64,000 bases of DNA from Nitrosopumilaceae archaeon (GCA_965207375.1 CBDBMG010000002.1:288001-352000); one strand, 5' to 3'; positions 1 to 14,535 are shown, counted from the stretch's first letter. Notes: generated from the letters alone by a model not told the origin. Numbers and translations are program-made.

Positions 1-39
1 AGTCTTGCTCACAAAAACTGTTCTGTTGTATTCATCACG

Positions 40-1610
40 TTACTTGGCAATGTATGCTTCACAAGCAACAGGTTCGTTGTCATGACCATACTGCATTGCA
101 GGTGTTACACACCATTTACCATACAGAAGCCTAGTAACCAGAGGTGTGACAGATGTTGATTTCCTTCTCTTAGCAATATCACCAAAAGAGGAAGCAGTTA
201 GACGTTTACGACGGAGCATCATCCATTCACCTGATTCATCATCAGCTTGTTCAGCAGTCATCTCACTGATTTCCTCAATCTGTTTGGTAGTCTTCCGTAT
301 TCTCTCAAGGTGTTCCAGACACAACTGGAATAATTCAATTTGAGGAATATCTGTTTCTGCTGGTAAACTGCCATAAGAGGAATCTGGTGAGTTGACTACT
401 GAAGAGTCATAACGTGCTTCAAGCCTCTGTTTTTGTATTTCAGACAAACTACCCTTGCTGAGTCACGATCATGCTTCCACTTCCTTCTGATAGTGAACTG
501 ATTAGATAGTTCTAAGTTGTCACTGAGACCCATGGATCGAAGTACAGTGGTGGTCCAACCAGACCCATGTTGTATTCGCAATGCACCAGCCATGCACCTG
601 TGTTGGAAGGATCCTGATTGGATCTGATTAAAGTACTTCCCTCCGTCCATCTTGCACCTGTGCAAAAGTTTAACATTAAGTTTATTTGCTAAATGTATGT
701 AAGTTATCTGATGGACATAAAATTCTCTGTTATATTTGTTGTCTTACGTATTCTGAATTAGCTACCGAGCTTTTGAAACCAACCGGTCTACAGCAGACTC
801 GACGTCATGAAGGAAAGAAGGAGGCAGTTTAGATAGAAGTGATGAACCTAAACACAGATTTAGTATGCATAATTTTATTAATTTTGCATTACTTGTGTCT
901 GCTGTGTGCTTGCAAAACGATGATCTACACTGTTGATGGTCACCAAAGCAATGTCGTATACCATTTCGCAAGTCATGATGAAGTGCAGCAACATCTCCAG
1001 TAGTACTGAGCATCTTAGTTACGTAGCGAGCACCATGAGTAATTAACTCTCTTCATCCTGATTGCATAAAGTCCATACCGTCCTTGATATTTTGGATGAT
1101 TCTTACATAGTACTTCAAGGCGGTTCTGGTAACATTTAATGGCATGGTTGACACACTCAACTTTTTGCACAAAGCGACCATACGAAAGTACTCCAGTTAC
1201 CACTGCATGGTATACAGAGCTGTCACCATCCCCGATGAACCACAGATATCTAACTCTATGGATCTGTTCTGATACTGGAAGCCTTCACAAATGATGTCTG
1301 CTTCCATGGCACATGAACTACCCCTCCAGTTCCGATGACACTAATGGGATGGAGGAGGTGAGTTTTTCTGTTCACTTATGGCACAAACGGAGCAATACTT
1401 GTTTCTCACTCCTATGAACAATAACTTCTTGGTGGCAGCTCCAAATATTACTCCAACATCAGATTTGGCGTTATATGAGTGTTTGTGAGATCTTTTACTC
1501 CAACTACTGTCCACCACAACAGTAATTGCAGGCACTCCTTCATGATATTGACTGTTTGCTATTGCTAAGTCTCTCTCCTCCTTGCCAGCAATTAGTAAGT
1601 TCTCACTCAC
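40..1610 (-). pseudogene. Fragmented Mutator-like transposase followed by a YqaJ/lambda-exonuclease-like domain
   Basis: ORF pieces ITVVVDSSWSKRSHKHSYNAKS..GVRNKYCSVC, VQKVECVNHAIKC and RHCFGDHQQC (Mutator-like transposase domain); WMMLRRKRLTASSFG..PAMQYGHDNEPVA (YqaJ). Several stops and frameshifts. Confidence 0.75.
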
Positions 1611-1701
1611 AAGTTCTCAAACACAGCTCCTAGGTGACGTTCTAACTGAATAAAAGTAGCTTTGGTGACTGATGGGATTTGCATGCAAGCAAATAGATCT
1701 T

Positions 1702-1980
1702 CTAAATGTTCAGCTCCTTCATCAGTAGCAACCTACTGATGAAGCATATCAGCATGTCTATAATACTCCTTTGTACCAAAATAGAATCTTTCACCACCAA
1801 CTGCAGTGTGTGTATTGTACAGCCAACAGCTGCCAATCCACATTTCCTAATGCCTGCTACCATGTTTGCTGCATTATCACGAACTATAGTGTGTACTCTT
1901 GACTTGTCAATACTCCATCCATCTAGCAGCTTTGAAATCATTTCTGATATGGCATCTGCAGTATGGGACCCTGGAAAATG
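1702..1980 (-). pseudogene. hAT (ZBED4-like) transposase fragment
   Basis: IVRDNAANMVAG...GCTIHTLQLVV gives the second catalytic Asp plus the CxxH motif. Confidence 0.75.
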
Positions 1981-1995
1981 ACATTATACATGATA

Positions 1996-3621
1996 TTTAT
2001 ACAATTATATGTGTACATTCATGTGTATTGTATATCAGAGTTCATAATTATTACAGAGGAGTGTCCTACTCTGTAATAGCCTGTAGCTACAAACTTTTGC
2101 CGTATAGCTAGCCATTTGTCAAAACCATTTTGAGTTGGAAAATTTTAACAATTAGAGTGCAAAATGGGTATTTGCTGAAAACTTTTCACAGTTGCGTGCT
2201 TGTAGACACTTGCTTTACCACTGTTAATAATCTATGATAAGGCCAATCCACAAGGTCATGTGTAAGAAGATGTGTTGGCACTTCTCGCACGGAAGACAGC
2301 CAGGTCCTTACTGATAACATTAGCAATTCCATTTACTGCAATGTATATCACACAACTAATGCCTTTCGAGTAGCTAGGTGTTACTTTTGGAGAGGGAGAA
2401 TGCTTCATGCTCACTCCTTACCAGCTTTCAACACTGCCGTTACATCCTCATTAGCTAATTCAATAGCTCTATGATCAACATATTCACTCAATCAACCATT
2501 TGAATGAGGAAGAGGAGGTAGTTTTCAATAGCCTTCTTTTTCTTTGTATTTTGACCAGCCTTCTTTTTCTTTGTATTTTGAACAGCCTTCTTTTTCTTTG
2601 TATTTTGAACAGCCTTAGTCACTGCAGTCCTGCTGGGAGTCTAGGCATAAGTTAAAACATTTTCTCCAACTGATACATATTTTAAATAACAAATACAAAA
2701 GGATCTTTGGAATGCCATGTGGTATACTGGTACGAAATATTAGGGTTTACTTGTAAATAATCTACAGAAAAACATTTATAATTCTTGTTGCAACGTACAT
2801 ATAATCTTATATTATAACTAGCTAGTTACTTTGTTTATACAATTATATGTGCACATTCATGTGTATTGTATATCAGAGTTCATAATTATTACAGAGGAGT
2901 GTCCTACTCTGTAATAGCCTGTAGCTACAAACTTTTGCCGTATGGCTAGCCATTTGTCAAAACCATTTTAAGTTGGAAAATTTTAACAATTAGAGTGCAA
3001 AATGGGTATTTGCTGAAAACTTTTCACAGTTGCGTGCTTGTAGACACTTGCTTTACCACTGTTAATAATCTATGATAAGGCCAATCCACAAGGTTATGTG
3101 TAAGAACATGTGTTGGCACTTCTCGCACGGAAGACAGCCAGGTCCTTACTGATAACATTAGCAATTCCATTTACTGCAATGTATATCACACAACTAATGC
3201 CTTTCGAGTAGCTAGGTGTTACTTTTGGAGAGGGAGAATGCTTCATGCTCACTCCTTACCAGCTTTCAACACTGCCGTTACATCCTCATTAGCTAATTCA
3301 ATAGCTCTATGATCAACATATTCACTCAATCAACCATTTGAATGAGGAAGAGGAGGTAGTTTTCAATAGCCTTCTTTTTCTTTGTATTTTGACCAGCCTT
3401 CTTTTTCTTTGTATTTTGAACAGCCTTCTTTTTCTTTGTATTTTGAACAGCCTTAGTCACTGCAGTCCTGCTGGGAGTCTAGGCATAAGTTAAAACATTT
3501 TCTCCAACTGATACATATTTTAAATAACAAATACAAAAGGATCTTTGGAATGCCATGTGGTATACTGGTACGAAATATTAGGGTTTACTTGTAAATAATC
3601 TACAGAAAAACATTTATAATT
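1996..3621. repeat. Near-identical direct duplication of 788 bp (1996-2783 and 2834-3621)
   Basis: Same sequence at offset 838 with only a few substitutions; 50-bp spacer. Confidence 0.95.
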
Positions 3622-5312
3622 GAGTGAAAAATCATGAAACCCAATGATGCATTTCAAAGTTATTGTATACACAACAGCAATAGTCATGTACCTTTGAAGG
3701 GCTAATTGATCATGTGACAATCTAAAATATTGCTATTTGTTTATTTCATAAAATGGAGCTCTTGACAGAAAGGTATTGAAATATCCCAAGATTTTGATGT
3801 TTTTGCCTGAAGATTCGTCACTAAAGTAAATTGATAACTGCACTGGCAAAACATTATCAGAGTCGCGTACTGCAGCTGAAACTGGTCATCAGACTCGTAT
3901 TTTGCTGCAAAAGAAATGAAGTCTGCAATACATTTCTAGCTATATGGCAATATATCGATACACTGATCAAGTATCGTATCGTGATACTGTGCTCCATAAA
4001 TATTGAAATATCAAAATGTCTTATAGTACTGAGTGGTGCACGTCTTATGTTGTTAATATAATATTTTGTGTATTTAAAGTTGAAGGTAAACATTCTATAT
4101 ATATTTGTCAGAAAAGTAACAGATTACTTATATTAGGTGTAATTGTATACTAATAACCAGATAGCTGATGTAAATTCAACTTGTGGGTTACTTATAGCCT
4201 TGCTTTAATTGATTTTTGAAAGATTTAAGGTATAAATAATGGCATATCATTACCCTTGTTGCAATTAAGAGTATCGTGATACAGTATCATATCGAACAGC
4301 TTAACTGTGGTGATACATGATACCAAGAGTCCATAATAGAGAGGAGAGTATCTAACTTCTATATACACTATCAAAAATGAGCCCGTTAAGTAGACTACTT
4401 TTATCTCGTTTATCAAAGAAAAGTGTTTATAGCGCCGTCTGTCACGCGCAGGCCCCAAGTCATTTGCGCTTCACGTAGATTACGGCGCGCGTCTTTGTCA
4501 TGGTAGCAAAAGTTATTCTATAGCGGTGAAACGGTCGGCACAGTTTCACTGCTCGTTTCGATGACAGGCTCGACGGGTTGTGTGGATGGCGAGTTATTAC
4601 CCACAGCGATTTCCGGATTTAGAATATCGTCGCCAAATTCGACGACAGGGCTGAGCCGAGTCCAATTCATTATCGCCACAGCGAGCTTGGTAACGCTCGC
4701 TCCTATGCACAAATATTTTCTGTATGCACGTGTTCAATGTGCCATAAACTCACAATGCGGCTACGGAGCGGCTTGTTCCAAAGGTGACGATTATCTTTGT
4801 TAATGTTGTCATTGGTGACTAGCTACATACACAAGCTAATCTTAGCCCCCCCGTCCACAGATGGAGGTGTGGTTTGGTAGGGTGTACACAGTCCCAGGAT
4901 TCCCACAGCATCAACCTCTATTTGTTAGGAATCCCTAATTGATGCCTTTTTTCTTGTTAGGTACCCATATTTCTTGTACGCTTGGGGGATAAAATATTTT
5001 GGGGTGTTTTAAATTCCTAATTTGTTCTTAAAATACCACGAAAATATTAAAGGCCACAGAAAGGCTAGCCAATTCGGCAAGCCTTTCCCCCCAAGCATTA
5101 TAAAGCCCATACTGTACTAGTGAACTATTAAAGACTAACAATAACTGGTTCAGAAATTGATTAGTAATGTGTGATTCACAGTTGTGCAGTGCCAATATAA
5201 TGTACAAAGTTGCAGATGGTGTGGAATAGGGGTAGTTAGTTAATTACATATATGGTACATATTGGTAGCTAGAGTGAGTATGCATAGAGTAATGATTTGG
5301 TATGTACGTAGC

Positions 5313-6111
5313 TACGGTACAGCTCAATTTAAACTTGAAGCACACGTGCGGGTGACACACGTGTATTTCGTAGCTCGTCTCGAGTATTTTTCAAATTTGT
5401 GCGTGTCTGTAGACAACTGCACAAGAATTTCGCGAGCCATACACGCACGTATGACGTCGCCTAACATGCTCGTGTACGTACGTGCATGGACGCACGTTAC
5501 AATCCACGCACATTCACTAAGGAATTTCGATCGCCACCAGTAACTCTGTTCAGTGTGCAAGCGCACGAGACGACAATCCTAACGTGCACGTTCGTCAAAC
5601 TTACGTGCACGGTTTAAAGATGGTCCGTTCATGATGGATTGCGTGCAATGACTTTGTTCTCTTGTGGATGTTCCATTTCTTCTGTTCGTAAAAGGCTCAT
5701 AGACTGAGGGACAACAACTTCAACTGACACATGTTACTGCGCCATTAATTAGAATCACCGATCCACGTGATGCGGACAGATGTAGGAGGGCGTGCGAAGT
5801 GTCCTTATTGATGCAGTTTAAGTTTCAGCCAGTTACAAAGTACGTACGTCCATATGGTACAGCTTTATATTGTTTTATTGTTATCCCTAGTCGAGTAACA
5901 GGTTCATTCACGTTACGAGCTAAATGCACGCCGAGATACACGCGTCTCGAGTGCAATACTCGTAACGAGTGTTGTTACTCTCCACGGGCGGTTTATACGT
6001 CATTAATCTCCAGTGCGCTCGCGAGCACGTAGCGAATATTTCTATTCTCGTGCAGTGCGCGTGAAGTTGCACACGCGTGTGTTCTTAAAGTTTAAATCGA
6101 GCTGTACCGTA
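5313..6111. mobile_element. Non-autonomous TIR element with TACGG...CCGTA termini (IS3EU-like)
   Basis: tacggtacagctcaatttaaactt vs aagtttaaatcgagctgtaccgta; no matching TSD seen. Confidence 0.55.
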
Positions 6112-7090
6112 GGTCTTGAGTTGCGATGCAAGTGTACTTGAGAACTTCACTAGTTCAGAGGGAGCCATACGAATATAGCTTTGGTAGGTGTCACTGCGCC
6201 AGCGGCCAAGTGTCTTAATGTTGCTGTCTGAGTTGTCTACCTGCTTTGCGGAGGTGGCCGCCCCTATTCGAAAACTTTGGGTATTGAAGGAATGTACAGG
6301 TAAACCTATGTCCGTGAGAATGGCTGTCAATACTGAACTGAAATAGGGTCTTGTATCAGCTTTATTGTGATCTGTAAGGAATAAGGGTCCTGGCTGTGCC
6401 CCCCTTACTGCCAAGTATGCCAGGATGGCGCTCACAGGGCAGACCACACGGTCAGTTCATCCCAATGAAAGCTTTACACCTTTTCTAAATGGGTCAGTTT
6501 TTGATTGTTTGATGTGGATCTGTATCATACGTGGGTTATTTTACAGTCTACAGCCACATCAGCATAGGATAAGTGGACATTGGGGTCATATTCAGTTTCC
6601 TTGGGGACAGTGAATTCGCTGCATCTTAAAAAACCAAAAAATGCGGTGCATCATATTGCCCACATTAAAATATTGTTGTAATCGTGAGGACACTTCAATA
6701 GGTGTTCCTTGATCTGTTGCATTATCTGAATTGTAATAGGCAGGCGTACCCTGGCAGGTAGTCTGGAGGATTGATCTCTCTTTATTCCATGGAGTACTTA
6801 TTCCAATCGCGGAGTAAGTTGATTAGCAAAGTGATGATGCTGTCCTGACATTATGTGGAGGTTGCGAATGGCAGAGATGTAAACTTTTATAGTAGAATGC
6901 ATAATGTTGTGCTTGGCTAAATATGATGCAAATGAGAGCAGGGTGAATTCTGTTGATGGGAGTGCAGTAAGGTAATGTTGAGAGCAGAAGTGGATGTATC
7001 TCTGTTGACCAACATGGTAGAGTTTCTAAGTGGAGGGAGCTAGGCCTCTTTGATAATAGAAATAAATAGTTGCCTGAAGGTAGGTGATAT
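6112..7090 (-). pseudogene. Tyrosine recombinase remnant of a DIRS/Ngaro-type retrotransposon
   Basis: CPVSAILAYL, QSFRIGAATSA (degenerate HSFRIGAAT), LGRWRSDTYQSYIR; upstream frames read GLAPST...STIKVYISAIRNLH. Confidence 0.85.
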
Positions 7091-7129
7091 TAAAGATGTG
7101 GATCTATAATTGTGAAGATCACACCTACC

Positions 7130-8731
7130 TAGCTCTACGCCCGCAGAGATAACATTACCATTCTGTGCCTACAAAGGCAACACATAGCACAAGATTCTGC
7201 GTTTGCAAAAAATACATGAAAGTCGCACGCAATTTTACACTTGCGGAAAGCAGATATAGCACACAATTTCATGCTTTTTGGAAACTCCATTACCATACAT
7301 ACTATACATATAACATTACAAACTAACGGCTACTTATGTATGCAGATAGTCTTTTTTTGTGCACATAAGCCTGCACTTGCAAGAACCACAAATACATAAC
7401 TCCACACCCGTCACGCACATACGTAGCTCTGCACCTGCAGAGATCACATTACATTTTTTTATGCTTATAGAAACAATACAAAGCACACACAATTCCACGC
7501 TGGCAGTGACCACATAAAGCAAACAATTCCGTGTTTGCGGAGGCCACATAAAGCACACAATTCCGCGCTTGCGGAGCACATTACGATTCCAAGCTCGTGG
7601 AGACAGTACAAAGCACGCTATTCAGCGCTTGCGGAGACCACACAAAACACACAATTCTGCACTTTCGGAGCACATTACAATTCCACGCTTGTGGTGACAA
7701 TACAAAGCACACTATTCCGCGCTTGCGGAGACCAAATAAAACACACAATTCTGTGCTTGCGGAGCCCATTACAATTCCACGCTCGTGGAGACAGTACAAA
7801 GCATCCTACTCTGTGCTTGCGGAGACCGCATAAAACACACAATTCTACACTTTCGGAGCACATTACAATTCCACGCTTGTGGTGACAATACAAAGCACAC
7901 TATTCCGCGCTTGCGGAGACCAAATAAAACACACAATTCTGCACTTGCGGAGCCCATTACAATTCCACGCTTGTGGAGACAGTACACTCTGTGCTTGCGG
8001 AGACCGCATAAAACACAGCACATTACAATTCCACGCTTGTGGTGACAATACAAAGCACACTATTCCGCGCTTGCGGAGACCAAATAAAACACACAATTCT
8101 GCGCTTGCGGAGCCCATTACAATTCCACGCTCGTGGAGACAGTACAAAGCATCCTACTCTGTGCTTGCGGAGACCGCATAAAACACACAATTCTGCACTT
8201 TCGGAGCACATTACAATTCCACGCTTGTGGTGACAATACAAAGCACACTATTCCGCGCTTGCGGAGACCAAATAAAACATACAATTCTGCGCTTGCAGAG
8301 CCCATTACAATTCCACGCTCGTGGAGACAGTACAAAGCATCCTACTCTGCGCTTGCAGAAACCACATAAAATGCACAATTCCGTGCTTGCAGAGCACATC
8401 ACAATTCCACGCTCGTGGAGACAGTACAAAGCATACAATTCCGCGCTTGCGGAGCACATTACAATTCCACGCTCGTGGAGACAGTACAAAGCACACAATT
8501 CCGCGCTTGCGGAGCACATTACAATTCCACGCTCGTGGAGACATTACAAAGCACACTATTCCATGCTTGCGGAGACCACATAAAACACACAATTCCGTGC
8601 TTGCGGAGCACATTACAATTCCACGCTTGTGGAGATAGTACAAAGCACACAATTCCGCGCTTGCGGAGCACATTACAATTCCACGCTCGTGGAGACAGTA
8701 CAAAGCACACAATTCCGCGCTTGCGGAGCAC
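7130..8731. repeat. Hierarchical minisatellite of hairpin subunits (26/34-bp subunits; 60-, 94- and 188-bp periods)
   Basis: Recurrent acaattccRcgctYgYggag core; period 60 at 8401/8461/8521, period 188 at 7597/7785 and 8133/8321. Confidence 0.95.
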
Positions 8732-9412
8732 CTTTTTACACCAGAAGAAAACAAAGCCCTTTCAACATTCGAGTCAATAAAACTGACGTTTTTATGTACA
8801 TCCACAATGACCACATCGATAAACATTGTGTTACCAAGAAGGCAATTTTTAAAGATAACATCTGAACAAAATATACTGTGATGAAACACAGAATTACTGA
8901 GATTACAATTAATAAATGATACTGCTTCTTTAAACTCAATGCCAACAAATGATAATCTGGCCATGTTTTTGTTTTCAAACACAATTTCTTCTATTGAACA
9001 ATACGAATAATATGAATTATTAATTCTCTTATTAAAATGATACATAAGATTGTCCTGAGTTATGACATCAATTTCACGTAGCAAAACTTTGACAAGACCA
9101 TCAAGTTGGTAAAATTTTGCTTCACAAAGGAGGTCCGATACTACATCAGCAGACAACCTGGAAAATGATTCAACCACTTCTTCTCCATTCCTCAAATAAT
9201 TAAGAATGCATCTAAAGTGAGTCCCATCTCGGTCAATGAAATAGCTTCCATCCTTACACTGCATTGCTTTCAAATCATGCCCACCACTAAACATCACTCC
9301 AAAATATGACTCAGGAAAGCTAGTTAGCGTAGATATAGATGTCAAGTAATGTATTCCTCCTACATTTAAGTCAATCATTGGCTCATCATTTCTAGCGTTA
9401 CCTGCATGTACC
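8732..9412 (-). CDS. BTB/POZ (T1-type) plus pentapeptide-repeat protein, KCTD-like; last exon, 3' end runs into the minisatellite
   Basis: IDLNVGGIHYLTSISTLTSFPESYFGVMFSG..YFIDRDGTHFRCILNYLR..EAKFYQL, then F-x-N-C-N-L pentapeptide-like runs; acceptor ttacag near 9412. Confidence 0.85.
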
Positions 9413-12400
9413 TGTAAGTAAAATGTATGTATTCGATGTGATTGAAGTGACTTTTATTGTGTCGGTGATCAATGCCTGATACTACAATAATGAAGAAACC
9501 TATAATGACTGATTGACTAGGCCATTTTTACTTGTTTATCAAAAACAAAGCTCTGGGTATAGTTATGTTACAAAACTATTTTTGGTTGTGGAACTTATGT
9601 GTGACATATAACAAGTGCACCATGCTAAATAATATAATATAAAATGCTAATAATCATGGCTAGTTATTCTAATCAACATTTGAAGCTTTGCATATATAGA
9701 AGCACATAGAAGCCGTAATTGTGGGTTTAAGTTTCTGAAATTTGACCCATACAAAATGATTACAATGCAAGAAATGAAATCTAGCTACTCACATGCACTA
9801 AGTATTTGAGTGGCCTGTTAGCTACAGATGAATATTCATACAGCTATAGATCTATACACCAGAGATCTCCATCACACAACATTTTTCATTTTTCAAAGGC
9901 ACAACAGGCCATGTTGGTCATCACATTAATGGTCTTTTTATTCCTAGAGTTTTTATATACAAATTATGGAAAACAAAGTTTCTTCTATAGAGGGGCTGTC
10001 CTGGTGAAATAGTTTGCCCTGGGCTGTAACTGAAGTTACCACCTTATCATCATTTAGAAATTTATGTTTTAGTTTGTTTTTTGGTATGTGTGTATTTGTT
10101 GTGTTGCATTGTTGTATATTATAGCTACGTACGTTGTATGTACAGAGCTCCACTGAAAATCAGTAGCCATTTATTTATTGAGTGAATGAACTCCCTGTTT
10201 AAATTATTACAATTACAAATACAATCAAACAAGACATGCAGTAGCTCAGTAGCTACCACACTAGCTAGCTAGCTAACTAATTATTCATAAATTTACATGG
10301 CCTATGCATGCAAGTAAAGATTTTGCATGGGATTAATAGTGGTAGTAGCTATAGCTACCATCCACTTAGCAAAGGCTAGCTATATATGGTAATGTAACAC
10401 AACAATGTGTGAAAATGTATTAAAAGTGAAGCCAATTGACTGCCTAGCTTACTATAACAGGATAGGCATTATAAGTGGAGAGGCATGTAAGCTAGCTAGC
10501 TTTTGCTTGATCATGATCATATGCATGAAATATACTTCATGATCATTGAGCATCCCATATATACTACGTACATAGTGGTAAAATAATATATTATTATACA
10601 GTAAGTTTACCTGGTCAGCTTAAGCTACATACTCATGATCAAAGGTGTATAGTATTAAGCTTGGTATGTACACATGTTCCTCCCTGTTATACTTTAGGCC
10701 AAGTGCCTCTTTATTTTGCCTGCTATGATGTATATATTATACTGTATGAGGTAGTCAGTAATATGCATGGTGCATGGTTTTTTAATACATTTGGATCTAG
10801 ATCTGTAGGCCTGTCAACTAACGTGCACATATCAGACAAGCTGTCACAAGCATAGTCAGCTGCTACAGAAATATACAGTGCATGGCATGCATGTAGTTGT
10901 CATGTACAGGATTATTCATAGGCATGCATATTGCATGATATGCCAGCACACTCTATTGTGAATTGTCCATAGGAATTAGAATATGTCTCGCTAAGTACAT
11001 TACTTTTGCCCCCACACTTTTAAATAGCTTCCAGTTATCTAAGCTTTGCTTGTTCTTGTAGTGAAGGGATAAAGCTAGGACTTATAATATGGATGAAATG
11101 GATGCTTCCCAGCACTACAATCAATCAACAATACATATATTTAGCGACATAAATATAGTGCAGCTCAGTTGAATACTCACTGTAAAAATTATAACACACA
11201 TAAATATCCACACAAATACTAAAGACTATGTAAAATGATTTGTATTTTAAAATAGTTGTGAGAAGTTCTACAACATCTGCTCATGACTTGTACACGCGTT
11301 CCTATGGCAAATAAATTAATTGCAATATTCACAACACACAGTGATATATCCATACCGTCACTATAATTATACATATGTCCTCTTCTTTGATCAGTCATAC
11401 CTTTGGCAAATCCGATATGTTTGGTAGCTACTCTAGTATACACTGCTATGGTAAAAATATAATACACACAGTGATAATAATTACATCCTTACTGCTATTA
11501 TCGCCGGTGACCATTTCCTATCACCTCCTGATTAATTGCGCATATGTTCCTGTGGCAAATAATAATTGACAATGACATATTCAACAAAAATTATTCTCTT
11601 GCAATTATTCGCACATGAATACAAACAGATCACGGTGGTTATAATTATGTAAAATAAGCATATAGTGTACCTGCTGATCCTGTGGTACCAGTAGGTCCGT
11701 GCAGCTGTAATAAACTTCAACTGTATGCATCTAGTAAATGTACAAAAATAACATCTTCTTTACATGCCTTTATTTGAATGTGCACACAAGCATGTATGTA
11801 TGCCTGCATCATGTAACAAAATTATAACCTTGCCACAAAATACAAACAATCCTCAAGGCCATATACTGTGTAACCATGGTGATGTATGCGGCGGTTACTG
11901 TGTCACCATGGTGATTTATGTGTTTGCAGAGTAACTATGTCACCTTGGCGATGTGTGTGTTTGCTCAGTAACAGGCTATATATGTACTGTGTAACCATGG
12001 TGTATAGATGGAGTTAAGGCAATACGTATCTGTCTAGCTGGATCCCATCAGCAGAACTATATATGTGATGAACATGTATAGCAACTAGGGATTACTTTAG
12101 CTTGGTTGGCATGACAATAGTGTTATCATGACAACAATATTAACATGTTGCATCCTAAAATGCATGCTCCTATGGGGTATTGTATGCATGGCAATTACTC
12201 GTAAAATATAACCCCAGTCAGTCAATATTTCCCCATCTGCACTCCAGTGGAACCTGTGTAATAAGGACAACTTGGGACCAACAAAGGGTGTTCTGATCTT
12301 TCAAGTTAGCTAATGTACTTCAACCACTAGTTTTAATTGGTACCTCAACTAATGTGTCGGTATACTGCGGTATCGGTCTTGTGTACATTTACCATATAGT

Positions 12401-12952
12401 GTAAAAATTGACAGGAGAAAATAAAAAAATTAATCATTAAAAATTTTCTGTCTCATATGTACGTATATAATTATTATGGATATTGTACGACTGGATGATC
12501 CAAATTCCAATCCATCCAACATTTACTCATCAAAATTTACCATGCTCAAAATGGCTATCAAAATTGTCGTGTGATAAAGTCGAAGATGAGACATGTGACT
12601 GTCCGAGTGCAAACCAGCTTAATTCACACATCCGACTTTGCCAAGTTAATGGTCTCTTTAGAGTGTCACACAAAGCTCAAATTTTCAGCATTCACAAGAT
12701 TATGTTAATTCTATATACAAACCCTGTAAATATAGACACTGTGTGACTTCCACAAACATTAAATTGTGAAACTTGGAAGTGTGAACTCGCTCAGACAATC
12801 ACATACGAGAAAATTAGAGGACAAAATATTATGTAGTACAAGTCCGTCTATACCAATATTACAAGTTGAACATTGAAGGTTCGATCGACTACAGTACATT
12901 TGTTTATGCACTAGTACGTACAAGAGACAAATGTAAACAACCTGTCACTCCC

Positions 12953-13292
12953 ATGCATGTATGTATGTATGTATGTATGTGTGTGTGTGTGTATGTATGC
13001 ATGCATGTATGTATGTATATATGTACGTATGTATGTATGTATGTATATATGTATGCATGTATGTACGTATGTATGTATGTATGTATGTATGTATGTATGT
13101 ACGTATGTGAGTGTGTGTGTGCATACATGCATGCATGCATGTATGTATGTATGTATGTATGTATGTATGTATGTATATATATATATGAATGTATGTATGT
13201 ATGTATGTATGTATGTATGTATGCATGTATGTATGTATGTATGTAGCTATGTATGCATATATACATGTGCTTATGTGTGTGCATGTATGTAT
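12953..13292. repeat. (TATG)n microsatellite
   Basis: Direct read. Confidence 0.95.
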
Positions 13293-13708
13293 GTAGACTG
13301 TGTGTATTACATGTATTTATGTAATTATACAGTGATCTTTTGCTTCTTTGAACATAAAATACTCTATTAATACATTCAAACACTCTATTAAAGCATACAC
13401 TTACTATTGAAGCTACTCAAGTTGGTAGTGCTATCACAAACATTTTGTAACAATGAAAATTCTACATGTCCAGCCACACATGCATGTAATCCTCAAGTGT
13501 GTTCTATACTTGTACGCTGACAATATGTTGCATTATGAACCTAGCTTCATGTAGCAGCACTTTTTGTTGTACATTACAGCTTTTCTAAATACAATTTTAT
13601 ACAACTGCACAGATGGCTATCAAATAGTTGCTAGCTATATGATTATTGTGAATCTCTTTGTGTATGTGTGTCCATGCATGTGTGTACCTTGAGCTAGCAG
13701 CTATATAT

Positions 13709-13848
<140 letters not shown>

Positions 13849-14249
13849 CATGAGATGCCACAAGATATTATCACCACCTCACATCCAGTAGTCTATAAAA
13901 CAAACCATTGATGGTGGGGAGTTAATGATGGAAATGTAGTGGTACCAGCATGTTCTTGGACACCGTCCAATGATGTAAATGAGTTTTGGCAGACCCATAA
14001 TACAATGTATGGCAACGTGATCACATTACAGTGTTGATGATGTACATCATTACGTACGTACATGGTTTCCATAGTAGATGTCCATAGTTTCATACCAGCA
14101 GCTCAAGAACTTAATCAAAACTGCGGTATTTAAATTACCAGAATGTTTGGAAAAATTAATTACTTACGGTTTCAGCCCCTTTCTGCTGCCTATGGTACAA
14201 AAATATGGTCGATGTGTAGTTATGTAGTCACAATAATAATGCATGTGTA

Positions 14250-14535
14250 TAGTAACGGTCACAACAATACATGTGCATAGTAACGGTCACAGTAATACAT
14301 GGGCATAGTAACGGTCACAACAATACATGTGCATAGTAACGGTCACAGTAATACATGTGCATAGTAACAGTCACAGTAATACATGTGCTTAGTAACGGTC
14401 ACAACAATACATGTGCATACTAACGGTCACAACAATACATGTGCATACTAACGGTCAAAGTAATACATGTGCATAGTAACAGTCACAACAATACATGTGC
14501 ATAGTAACGGTCATAACAATACATGTGCATAGTAA
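14250..14535. repeat. 28-bp minisatellite, about 10 copies
   Basis: Unit tagtaacggtcacaacaatacatgtgca. Confidence 0.95.

Noticed and set aside
4430-4860. CpG-rich patch with short ORFs
   Set aside because: No identifiable protein, RNA or TIR/TSD structure
7130-8731. CRISPR-like array of palindromic repeats
   Set aside because: Linkers are short and themselves repeated, there are no cas genes, and the context is eukaryotic
7334-8865. Many overlapping ORFs on both strands
   Set aside because: By-products of the stop-poor minisatellite
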